Part shown: one piece after another, positions 40,405-49,600 of the stretch | Layout: every line of letters begins with the position of its first letter | Position numbering within the stretch: position 1 is the stretch's first letter | DNA from: Candidatus Woesearchaeota archaeon | GTDB taxonomy: Archaea; Nanobdellota; Nanobdellia; Woesearchaeales; ARS49 | Assembly (NCBI GenBank): GCA_016203305.1 | Contig: JACQMY010000035.1 | Location: 574 to 64,573, forward strand | Length of the DNA: 64,000 nucleotides | Direction: 5' to 3' | The notes under the pieces: model-generated | What the model was told of the DNA's origin: nothing | Database searches by the model: none | The model's input: the letters and a program-made list of their open reading frames with translations, nothing else | Program-made: the position numbers and the translations under genes

Positions 40405-41051
40405 TCTGCATAATAAACTTCAAAACGTATCCAGCAGGAACTGGAAAAAAGGCACTCCAGCTAGCACGCATCTGCGAACGAGTGGCCAAACGCGAACACG
40501 CAAACATTGCAATCGCGGTACAAGCAACAGACATACGCATGATTTCTCAACATGTAGAAATACCGGTGCTTGCGCAACACGTTGATGATCTTGAACAAGG
40601 CGCACACACAGGATGGGCAATACCAGAAGCCATCAAAGAAGCAGGAGCAATTGGAAGCTTGGTAAACCATTCAGAACACCCACTTCCGCTTGCCACCATC
40701 AAAGAGACCATAAAAAGATTGCACGCGCTAGGCCTGATAAGCGTTGCATGCGCACCAACACCTTCAATGGAAGCAAAAATAGCCAAATTCAAGCCAGACC
40801 TTGTCGCGATAGAACCACCAGAGTTAATCGGCGGAAAAATTTCAGTATCGCAAGCAGAACCACAAATAATAACACAAAGCTTGAGAAGAGTAAACGGAAT
40901 ACCTCTTCTGTGCGGAGCGGGAATTCACACAAAAAGAGACGTTTCAAAAGCAACACAACTAGGAGCACAAGGAATACTCGTTGCGTCAGGTGTTGTTAAT
41001 GCTAAAAACCCAGAAAAAGTTCTAACACAACTAGTCAGAAGGCGCGTATAG
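40401..41051 (+). CDS. tpiA: Triosephosphate isomerase, short archaeal type
   Basis: IINFKTY N-terminus, ~216 aa, catalytic block AIEPPELIGG, and GAGI...G near the C-terminus. It starts at TTG, overlapping the trx stop. Confidence 0.8.
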   Translation: MICIINFKTYPAGTGKKALQLARICERVAKREHANIAIAVQATDIRMISQHVEIPVLAQHVDDLEQGAHTGWAIPEAIKEAGAIGSLVNHSEHPLPLATIKETIKRLHALGLISVACAPTPSMEAKIAKFKPDLVAIEPPELIGGKISVSQAEPQIITQSLRRVNGIPLLCGAGIHTKRDVSKATQLGAQGILVASGVVNAKNPEKVLTQLVRRRV

Positions 41052-41135
41052 CTCTCTGGATGCAATAAAGGAAGCAACGCAGTCACCACGCATAAACAGT
41101 CACGCAAGTAAGCAGTATATAAAACCGCACCCTGT

Positions 41136-41948
41136 TCAATACGTGAGCAATGCCTGGAAAACGCTTGCAGTCACGTACGTCTCTATAAATGCTGCAACTA
41201 TCAAACAACCAATCGCGCCCAGCAATAACAGGAAACAATTGCGAACAACATTCCTGAACGCATCACTGCCCCACTGCTCCTTCACAATAGCGCGAGAAAA
41301 AGTCGCACCCGCAATGGCCCCAAGAATAAAGCCTGCGCTCTCTGGCAACAAGTGAGACAATGAAACAATTGTAAGCTGTGGAGCAACAGACCAGCGCAAG
41401 AACAATTGAAGTATGAAGGCGGCAAAAAAAGACGCATTATACGCAATGAGGAATACCGAGCCAGCACCGTACGCAACTGAAATGAGCACGCCAATCAACA
41501 AGTACCAAAGATTATTGCTAAATAACGCAAGCGCTATATCAAAAGAAGGACTGTAACCCTGCAAAAACTGAGTGATCAACTCAGGCTTCAAATGACCAGT
41601 TTGCAATTGCATTGTCTGATAAGACAATGAAGATGGCTCAAAAATACCAAGCAAGAGAAAACCAGCAAGCAACCCAAAAAAACCACCCAAATAGCACTTA
41701 ACAATCGTGTGATGACGCGACCAAAAATGCCTTGAACCGCTACGTTCAATAGTTTCCTCAACAATAATCAAATGATGCAAACTAGGCAACAATAAGATTG
41801 TGACCAACAAAACACTAGCCAAGCCCTGCCCTGGAAAAAACACTTCCTGAACTCCAAACGCAATAAAAACATACAATGCACTCAAAAGAAAAAGAAAATA
41901 GAAATGCCGCAACACAATCCTTTTGTGAAAAAATTGCTCAAGCACCAT
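41136..41948 (-). CDS. Polytopic membrane protein, possibly SpoIIM/DUF95-like, coupled to the upstream surface protein gene
   Basis: 270 aa with 5-6 TM helices. The start abuts the stop of 41949..43817. Confidence 0.35.
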   Translation of the reverse strand: MVLEQFFHKRIVLRHFYFLFLLSALYVFIAFGVQEVFFPGQGLASVLLVTILLLPSLHHLIIVEETIERSGSRHFWSRHHTIVKCYLGGFFGLLAGFLLLGIFEPSSLSYQTMQLQTGHLKPELITQFLQGYSPSFDIALALFSNNLWYLLIGVLISVAYGAGSVFLIAYNASFFAAFILQLFLRWSVAPQLTIVSLSHLLPESAGFILGAIAGATFSRAIVKEQWGSDAFRNVVRNCFLLLLGAIGCLIVAAFIETYVTASVFQALLTY

Positions 41949-43817
41949 TTACTTCTCAAAATAATTATCCCAGTTAACCTGCCCATCCTTTGGTTCGCCC
42001 TTTGCCCTCCTTTGGTAAGCATAAGAACCAACACCAGCAAGCACGAGCAATCCAATGAACAATGCCAACCATTTAACAGGACCGGGCAGCGTGAACGCAC
42101 CAGTTGCCTTAGGAGTCAATGCCTGTCTAGGAACCTCAGGATCAAGAGGTTGGTATACAGCAGACCTTGACCGGCTAACATTCTTCGGTGCAGACTCTTC
42201 AGCAGACGAAACAGTTGAATCAGAAGAGGAATCAGAAGACCTCCCACCCGAGCTTCCTCCTGAGCTGGAACGTCTTCCTCCGCCACGCGCAATTCCACTA
42301 CCACCATTAAACGAAGGATCGGCATTCACAGTGCTTGCAACAGTCAAAGTGCTCTGGTTAACATAAGTAACCCCATTCTCAACAAATTCAACATATATCA
42401 AGTACGATCCAGCAGCAGGAGCGCCAAAGTTCACGCTATACGAACCATTTGACAATGGAGTTGTAAAGTTACCTGAAGGCGTACGCACAAGAACTGATGA
42501 AGCCGCAAATGCACCGTCTCCAACAACACTGCCAGAGGCAGTTATCGTGCTAGTCGGGTTTGCCGGATTTGGAGACAAAGACAAAGTAACACGATGATTT
42601 GGAACAACCTGAACTGATACATTTGAAGCAGTCGTTCTGCCCGCATTATCACGCGCCTGCACAACCAACTGCTTTGCGCCAAGAACTGCAGAATTCATAA
42701 CACCCTGGTATACAGAGCCATTCTGCGCCAACCCAACAGCAGAGCCATCAAATGATGCATTCACTGATGCAACACCAATAGTATCTGTGATCAGCGAGCT
42801 GAAAGAGGTGGAAACACCGCGCAATATTGTCGCCGGAGTGTTCACAGTTATGACAGGAGGCTGCTTGTCAAGAACAATACCTTGCTGAGAGCTGCCTGAC
42901 AAACCAACACCATCAACACAAGAGACACTCCATACCAACGAGCCTTCAGAGAAATTTGACAAGTTACTTGAAGCAACCACATTAGTATTATTCGCTGCGG
43001 AAAGAGTCTGCAATACACTACCATTCACGCTTAACGCGCAGGAAAGAGATGATGCAAGATTATCGGCAGCTTGGAAACGGAAGTCAACAGACTCGTTAAC
43101 AAAACCAGTCGGACCAAATGCAGTAACACTCGGAGGAGTAGCATCAACTCTCAACTGGCCAGAAAAATTTGCAGTCTCACCAGCATTATTGGTTGCAGTC
43201 ACAGTATAACACACCGTGCTGCCCTCAGCAAATCCTGCAAAGTTCGCCAGGCCTGTGAACAAGCTTCCCGATCGAGTCAATGACACACTGACCGGACTGC
43301 CTGAACAATCACTCCATTGATACGACGCATTCTGCACGCCAGTCTCAGAATCAACAACAAGCAAAGAAACATTCTGCGCAGCAGGAGCAACAAAACCATT
43401 AGGAGACACAACAGTAACGTTAGGCGGGGAGACGTCATTCAAAACGTTCAAGTTCAAAAACAAAGGAGCGCCGTTCATACGCGCCTCAACAATCACCTGA
43501 ACATCGCTCAATACTAGCGGAGCACGAACTTGGAATTCAAACAATGCAGAACGCACGTTAGTTTCAACAGAGCCGCCAGACCAAGTTGCACTTTGAGCAG
43601 TTGTGCTTGTAGTCCAGCCCGAATAAGTAGCTGCGCTCAACAAAGACAAAGAACTGTTAGCGATAACTTGAGTTACTATCGAGGACCCGTTCAAATTGTT
43701 AACATCAAGACTAAGCCAGGAACTAGTTGATTCATAAACTGAGGTTGGTGACAAGGTCACCGTTGCAGCCTGCGCTGCAGCTACCATCACAAGTAATAAC
43801 ACAACTGGCGTTTTCAC
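41949..43817 (-). CDS. Secreted surface protein (622 aa) with Ig-like domains, a Ser-rich linker and a C-terminal TM anchor with a basic tail
   Basis: MKTPVVLLLVMVAAAQA signal. The C-terminus is ...SSGGSSGGRSSDSSSDS...LPGPVKWLALFIGLLVLAGVGSYAYQRRAKGE. Confidence 0.65.
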   Translation of the reverse strand: MKTPVVLLLVMVAAAQAATVTLSPTSVYESTSSWLSLDVNNLNGSSIVTQVIANSSLSLLSAATYSGWTTSTTAQSATWSGGSVETNVRSALFEFQVRAPLVLSDVQVIVEARMNGAPLFLNLNVLNDVSPPNVTVVSPNGFVAPAAQNVSLLVVDSETGVQNASYQWSDCSGSPVSVSLTRSGSLFTGLANFAGFAEGSTVCYTVTATNNAGETANFSGQLRVDATPPSVTAFGPTGFVNESVDFRFQAADNLASSLSCALSVNGSVLQTLSAANNTNVVASSNLSNFSEGSLVWSVSCVDGVGLSGSSQQGIVLDKQPPVITVNTPATILRGVSTSFSSLITDTIGVASVNASFDGSAVGLAQNGSVYQGVMNSAVLGAKQLVVQARDNAGRTTASNVSVQVVPNHRVTLSLSPNPANPTSTITASGSVVGDGAFAASSVLVRTPSGNFTTPLSNGSYSVNFGAPAAGSYLIYVEFVENGVTYVNQSTLTVASTVNADPSFNGGSGIARGGGRRSSSGGSSGGRSSDSSSDSTVSSAEESAPKNVSRSRSAVYQPLDPEVPRQALTPKATGAFTLPGPVKWLALFIGLLVLAGVGSYAYQRRAKGEPKDGQVNWDNYFEK

Positions 43818-43905
43818 AATAAAGCACTAAACAGAACCAGTATATAAAAATTACTTTTTTGTATACTGGACTCCTGCGCCAGAACAAATTCACTTGACAG
43901 TAATT

Positions 43906-44400
43906 ATGAAGTTACTTAAGCACGACAGACAGCCATCATACGGGGGAATTGGTATGATGAAGGTCGTATTAACAATGCTAGTATTAGCCATAATAGCAGG
44001 GCCAACAGTTGAAACACGCCTAGCATACAGCACAGAACCATTCACGAGCACACAACAAATACCATTTGACGCCATAATCGTCTACAACGACCACTTAACA
44101 ATCAACTATCCAGGACTACGCTATGCAAAAGTAACAAGCAACAGCATGGCCCCAATCATAACAGACACATCAACAGCACTAGAACGCATACCAACATCAC
44201 CAGACGAAATACACACAGGAGACATAATTTCATTCTACGAGCCAAGCGTTGACGGAGTAGTACTACATTTAGTAACTGAAGTTCTCACTAAAGACGGCAC
44301 AACACATTACAAAACCAAAGGAGTAGCAAACCCAGAAGAAGACCCCTGGGAAGTGCCCTACGAGAACGTGAAAGGAATATTGGTTGGAGTAATTAAGTAG
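43906..44400 (+). CDS. Signal peptidase I (S26/Sec11-like)
   Basis: An N-terminal TM segment, then SNSMAP (the catalytic Ser box, SxSMxP) and a GDII box. The start was chosen at the ATG at 43906. Confidence 0.5.
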   Translation: MKLLKHDRQPSYGGIGMMKVVLTMLVLAIIAGPTVETRLAYSTEPFTSTQQIPFDAIIVYNDHLTINYPGLRYAKVTSNSMAPIITDTSTALERIPTSPDEIHTGDIISFYEPSVDGVVLHLVTEVLTKDGTTHYKTKGVANPEEDPWEVPYENVKGILVGVIK

Positions 44401-44530
44401 GACGAAGGTAGTAGGACGAAGGGTGAAGGTAGAAGAAACGCAATCTTCACCCTTCCGCCTTATACCTTCAACCTCAATTAGTTGTTGGCTGTTAGCTAAT
44501 GACTATTAGTACTAATGGCTAACAGCGGCT
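44398..44530. repeat. Heptamer hairpin plus a GGCTGTTAGC...GCTAACAGC palindrome between convergent genes
   Basis: gtaggacgaaggtagtaggacgaagggtgaaggtagaag...cttcacccttccgccttataccttcaacc then ttggctgttagctaatgactattagtactaatggctaacagcggc. Confidence 0.7.
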
Positions 44531-45203
44531 AAATTACCCTAACCGTCGCCTGATAAACTTTCTCAGTATAGAATTGCTTCCGGTTCTCAGGCTTGCACTC
44601 AGGAGGAGACTGTCCCTCATCCTTATACACGCAAACATTAAACACATAGTCGCCCTTTTGCGTTGGAATACCCTGACCAGCATTCACGTCAGCACGAATC
44701 AACAAAGGCCTAACCTCCTGCTGATTCTTCTTCAAAGTAAAAGGAGGAACACTCTTGAAGTTGCCCAACCACCTCTGCTCAACAAACTGAGCGTTCTTCT
44801 GAGAGATAACAGAGCCATCAGGAGCATAAGCCTCATCAAAACTCAAAATAGCACCGAAACGCGCCTGTGCACCAATATTACGAACACCAAGTGCAAATTT
44901 TGCCATCGCGCCACGCTTTGCGTCTACAACAGTAAAAGGAATAACAACCAACTGATTGCCAGACTTCAAAGTCTGCAAAATCTGCTCCTGAGTCTGGCGG
45001 TCAATCTCCTGCTCCAACTCCTGAGCGCTGCCAAACCATTTGAACAACAAGTTAACAGACAATATGAAAACTAGCACGCCAATAATTAGCGCGACCACCA
45101 TTCCGATGCTGAACTCAATACCCTTTTTGGAAGGTAGAAGGAAGAAGGAAGAAGGAAGAAGACCTGCTCCATTCAAATCAGTCACTATTTTTTTGCTCTT
45201 CAT
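44529..45203 (-). CDS. Putative class-III-signal (archaeal type IV pilin-like) protein. The start is uncertain.
   Basis: ...KKG|IEFSIGMVVALIIGVLVFILSV resembles an archaeal prepilin cleavage site plus a hydrophobic helix. The 5' 90 nt of the ORF are heptamer-repeat sequence, so the true start may be the internal Met. Confidence 0.35.
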   Translation of the reverse strand: MKSKKIVTDLNGAGLLPSSFFLLPSKKGIEFSIGMVVALIIGVLVFILSVNLLFKWFGSAQELEQEIDRQTQEQILQTLKSGNQLVVIPFTVVDAKRGAMAKFALGVRNIGAQARFGAILSFDEAYAPDGSVISQKNAQFVEQRWLGNFKSVPPFTLKKNQQEVRPLLIRADVNAGQGIPTQKGDYVFNVCVYKDEGQSPPECKPENRKQFYTEKVYQATVRVI

Positions 45204-45232
45204 CCTACAACCTTCGTCCTATTCCGGCCTTA
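45128..45232. repeat. Heptamer array (gaagg aagaagg x4) and a downstream inverted C-rich segment, overlapping the 5' end of the pilin-like ORF
   Basis: ggaaggtagaaggaagaaggaagaaggaagaag ... cttcatcctacaaccttcgtcctattcc. Confidence 0.6.
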
Positions 45233-46610
45233 TCAAAGTAACCTTGCCCAAAGGCTTCTGGAAGTTACCACGCTTCTCCTGATCATTCTGGACATACATA
45301 TACCAAACACCAACAATCAAATTATGGTCCTCTTCATACTCAACAATGCCAGGAATAGAAACGCTCACTGTGCTCGCTGAGGAACTCAACTCCTGATTTG
45401 GACTAGCGTCTGCAAGCTGCTGCTGGCCATCCAACACGCGAACAGTCTCTACAACAACACGAGACACAGAAGGATCAGACTTGTAAATCTTCAAATCAAT
45501 CTGCAACTCATCCTTGCCAACAGTAAACGGATTGTTAAACTTGAAATTATTATTCAACTGAACAGGACCAAAATTCCTATCATCAAACAAGCTATTCGGC
45601 TGAACGGATGTGCCTGGCTTCAAAATAGTCACGCACTGATTGCCCCTGCACGTGAAGTCCAAAAAGTTACCAGCGCTACCCTGACAAGGACCACAGTCCT
45701 GCGCACAAGAACACTTCGTTTCAGTCTGGTCACACTGATAATTGCCACAAGCATTCGGAATAGGCTCATGCCTGCAGAAGAAACCAGTCTGCGCACTACA
45801 AGTATCACGCGTTCCCAAGTTCTTATCATCACAACTTGAAGGACAAGAATAACTCGCACCCGGTTTAACGAACACAAGCTTGTCCTTCACATTCACCTTG
45901 AATGAGCCCTGCTTTGGAACACGCTTGCTTCCCTGCAACAGAACATATTCAAAATCAATACTCAAAACAAGATTTGAAAGCTCTCCTTCAAGCTCAACAG
46001 TCGGGAAGTCCAAAATAAAATCGTGCGTGACAGAACTACCGCTCGTCCACAAATACCTATTGATATCCTCTCTTAATACCGTGATGGTTCGCTTATCTTT
46101 AGTCGTGCCTATTAACTCTGCACGCACCAACCGCTCATCACGATTCTGAGGACTCTGACTCAAAGTGAAAGTCACAGTGAACAAGTCCTTCTTCATGTTG
46201 AATGGCATATTATAACTAAAATCAACCTTGAACTTATCACCAGACATGGAAGCTTCAGCAGCGGCAAACACAGGTTTCGCACCAGAAACCTCCTCAACAC
46301 ACAACTTCTGCTCAGTACATTTATACGACAAGAACTGGCTCTGTGGAACCTTGCCAGAACACTGACCGCAATCCTGCGGATGACTGCACTTGTTCTCACC
46401 AGAATCACACACACCATTACCCACAACACCAGGAATAGGCTTGTAAACACACTTTTTCTCCTCACAACTCGCAGTAAAAGTAGACTTTGGTTTGCCAACA
46501 CAATCCTCAGTCTTCTTACACTCAGCCTTCGTGCATGCAACAAGAACTACCAATAATATACATACCAACAGGAAGACCTTTGACCTCATTTTTACCACTC
46601 TTAAAAACAA
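45219..46610 (-). CDS. Secreted Cys-rich protein with a duplicated Cys module flanking a beta-rich core
   Basis: MRSKVFLLVCILLVVLVAC signal. Two copies of a C-x-KCS-x3-DCG-x-C-xn-F-x-[FY]-x-C-xn-CV pattern. The start overlaps the giant gene's stop region. Confidence 0.6.
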   Translation of the reverse strand: MFLRVVKMRSKVFLLVCILLVVLVACTKAECKKTEDCVGKPKSTFTASCEEKKCVYKPIPGVVGNGVCDSGENKCSHPQDCGQCSGKVPQSQFLSYKCTEQKLCVEEVSGAKPVFAAAEASMSGDKFKVDFSYNMPFNMKKDLFTVTFTLSQSPQNRDERLVRAELIGTTKDKRTITVLREDINRYLWTSGSSVTHDFILDFPTVELEGELSNLVLSIDFEYVLLQGSKRVPKQGSFKVNVKDKLVFVKPGASYSCPSSCDDKNLGTRDTCSAQTGFFCRHEPIPNACGNYQCDQTETKCSCAQDCGPCQGSAGNFLDFTCRGNQCVTILKPGTSVQPNSLFDDRNFGPVQLNNNFKFNNPFTVGKDELQIDLKIYKSDPSVSRVVVETVRVLDGQQQLADASPNQELSSSASTVSVSIPGIVEYEEDHNLIVGVWYMYVQNDQEKRGNFQKPLGKVTLIRPE

Positions 46611-46624
46611 AGATACTTTTAAAC

Positions 46625-49600
46625 CTACCGCTTCCGCAACTTACGCTCATACACTTTCAACAACTTGTTAACACGCCCAATATCCTTATCCAAAGCATCA
46701 AACGCGTTAACCTGGCCCCTGACGTCAGGTTTCTGCGACAACTTGTCAACCTTAACCGGCTTCTTCCACAACACATCATTACTCAAATCACGCCTATACC
46801 TTCTCAACAACCTGCCAACAAGACCAGACTCTTTCTCCAAAGGCAGTTGGCTAGTAGTTTGTAGTTTGTAGTTGATATCTCGTGGCGCTGGCTTCCTGGC
46901 AATTGCATCAACACGCTCCTTCCAAAGTCTGCCAGTCAGATCTTTTCTATACTTATGCAACAAACTATCAATCCTGCCAGCATTCAAACCAACACGAGGT
47001 ATCTCCCTTGCAACAAACCTACGCTGCTCTGCACGACGCGCCTGATACGCAGCCCACTTGCCACGCACCACGCCAGGAACACGAACCGCAACCTGGCCAG
47101 CACGGAACGTCACTACCGCCAACAAAACAACCAGCAAAACAGCCCCAAGCATGTATCCAACACTCTTCCAGTCAACTTCTCTTGCTTTCTGAGCAACAGA
47201 ACGCCCAATAACAGAAACAGAGTCTGCTGCATCTCTTGCTGTGCTAACAGCACGGTCCACCAAACCATTAGCTATTGGCGGTTGGCCAGCAGTTTGTGGT
47301 TGGTAGTTTGTAGTTTGTAGTGGGTAGTTTGTAGTTTGTGGAGACAATTTCGCCAACGCCAAAGACACCTGGTTGTTGAACAACATGACAACCTGAACAC
47401 GCAAATCAGGCAAACCATCATCTGTAACATCAACATCCTTTGACTGACCAGATGAAAGTACAAACTCCTGAGGCTCACTCTGCACGCGCAACAAAACATT
47501 ATTCACACCAACATTCAAAACAGTCAAAACATGCCGCTCGCCAGCAACATCAAACACAACACGATCAAACTTATTCAAATACGGCGTAACAAATGAAGCA
47601 GCAGGCATGTTGAATTCCCTTGGAATACTCACGTTCTGCGTTGCACGCGTAGCACCACCACCGCCACCACCCGACGGAGCAGGAGACGGAACAGGCGGAA
47701 CAACAGTAACGTTAACCGTTGTAAGCTCAGAAACAACAACAGAACCATTACCACCAGACAAGTTCTGGAATGATGCGTTAACAGTATTGTTCAACGTACC
47801 ACTTGCTCCCGCACTAACGTTCACAGTAATATTTACAGTCGTGCTATTGCCTGGAGAAAGATTGCCCAACAACCAAGTATTGTTACCAACACTCGGAACC
47901 GGCTGACTACCATTAAACACCACACTGCCAGGATACGTTTCAACCAAAGTCACATTAAACGCAGTCTCAGTACCCGTATTATTGATTGTAATATTGTAAG
48001 ATAGCGTAGAACCATTATTCACAGGATCAGAACCATCAGACTTGGATACGTTGATTGTAATGTTGCCTAGTTCTCCAGCAGCATAACTCGTAAAGCTAGA
48101 AACGTTAAACACAAGCACGCCACCTACATAACTCACTTCTATGCACTGCGGAGGATTACACTGCTCAAACACACCATCATCATTAAAATCAACACGCGGA
48201 CGAGGATCTGTGAAAGACAAACCACGCAACGTGATTTGAGCGGAAGTGTTCAAGAAAGTAAGGTTTGTGCTGTTGAGGAAGGAATTGTTGAAGCTTGTGT
48301 TGAGATTGTTGTTGTCCGGCTCATGGACTATTGATGTGCTCACCGGGATTATTGCAGTGTTGATCATAAGAATGCTTCCGTTGTTTGAATGGAAGAGAGT
48401 ACGCGTGAATGAGTTATTTTGACTTGTCGCATCGACTTCCACCCAAGTACTCCCAGTGACAAGAGTCGTGTTCACAAAGGTATTATTACTCGAAGCAGTA
48501 AACCGCATCGCATTTTGACCGCCCAGAATGCTGGTGTTGGCGAGGTTGTTGCCTTCACCGGAAATATCAATCGCGCTTCCGGTTGTATTGGTTATCGCAA
48601 TCACGAATGTGTTGTTATAAAACGTATTGTTGTTTCCTGCAAGTTCCATTCCATTGCCACTGTTGCTCAGTCCGGTGTTGTGGAACAAGATATTGTTATT
48701 GCTGCCAGAAAGCAAATCCATGCCTCTGTTGGACCCGCTCGTGCCTCTATTCCTTATCAGGGTATTGTTCACACTTGATGCTGAGAGCGAAATGCCTCTC
48801 GCATCGGCCAACCCAGTACCATTGTTCCCACTCAGTGTGTTATTGCTACTACCCTCCAAACCGATTCCTGCCAACGACCCGCTCACTCCTGTGTTTTCAA
48901 TAAGAGTATTATTCGTTGCCGAATTCAAACGTAAGCCGATAGAGGTAGAGCTATTACCCGTGTTTCCAAACAGGAAATTGGCAGAGGCAGACTGAACGTG
49001 CAGCCCATAGCCACCGCTCGTGCTCCGGCCAGTATTCCCCCGCAAGGTATTATTCGTACTACTGCCAACAACAATGCCCTCATCACTCACTCCAACCCCC
49101 GTATTATTCTCAAAAGTACTGTTTATCACGCTTACTATCAACATTCCTCGCGAACCAGCTCCATTCGTAGTCGCAGAGTTGTTAACGAACCTGCTGTTGT
49201 TTGTTGACTGCACCAAAAAGCCTGAAGATCCTACTACACTCGCGTTCGTCTTCACAACATTACAATTCCTAACCGTGACATTCGACCTCTGGAATACAAA
49301 AATCCCATTTCCTGCCGCACTATTCGCATAACTTACATTGAATCCAGCACAATCCAATTCAACATTGTTCGACTGAATCTGGATCGCAGTAGCAGGACAA
49401 GTCACGTTCTCAGCCAATGTCGTGCTTGTCGTAATGTTGAGTGGACAGGCTGCTGACTCTGAAGCAGCATAACTTGTAAAGCTAGAAACGTTGAAAACAT
49501 ACACGCCGCCAGCAAAGCTCACTTCAGTACATTGAGGAGCATTACAGTTTGTAAACGTTCCATCGTCTTCAAAGTCAACACGCGGACGAGGATCTGTGAA

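Noticed and set aside
41143-41355. + strand ORFs inside the 41136..41948 membrane protein gene
   Set aside because: The minus-strand frame encodes coherent TM helices. The + ORFs are short and compositionally odd.
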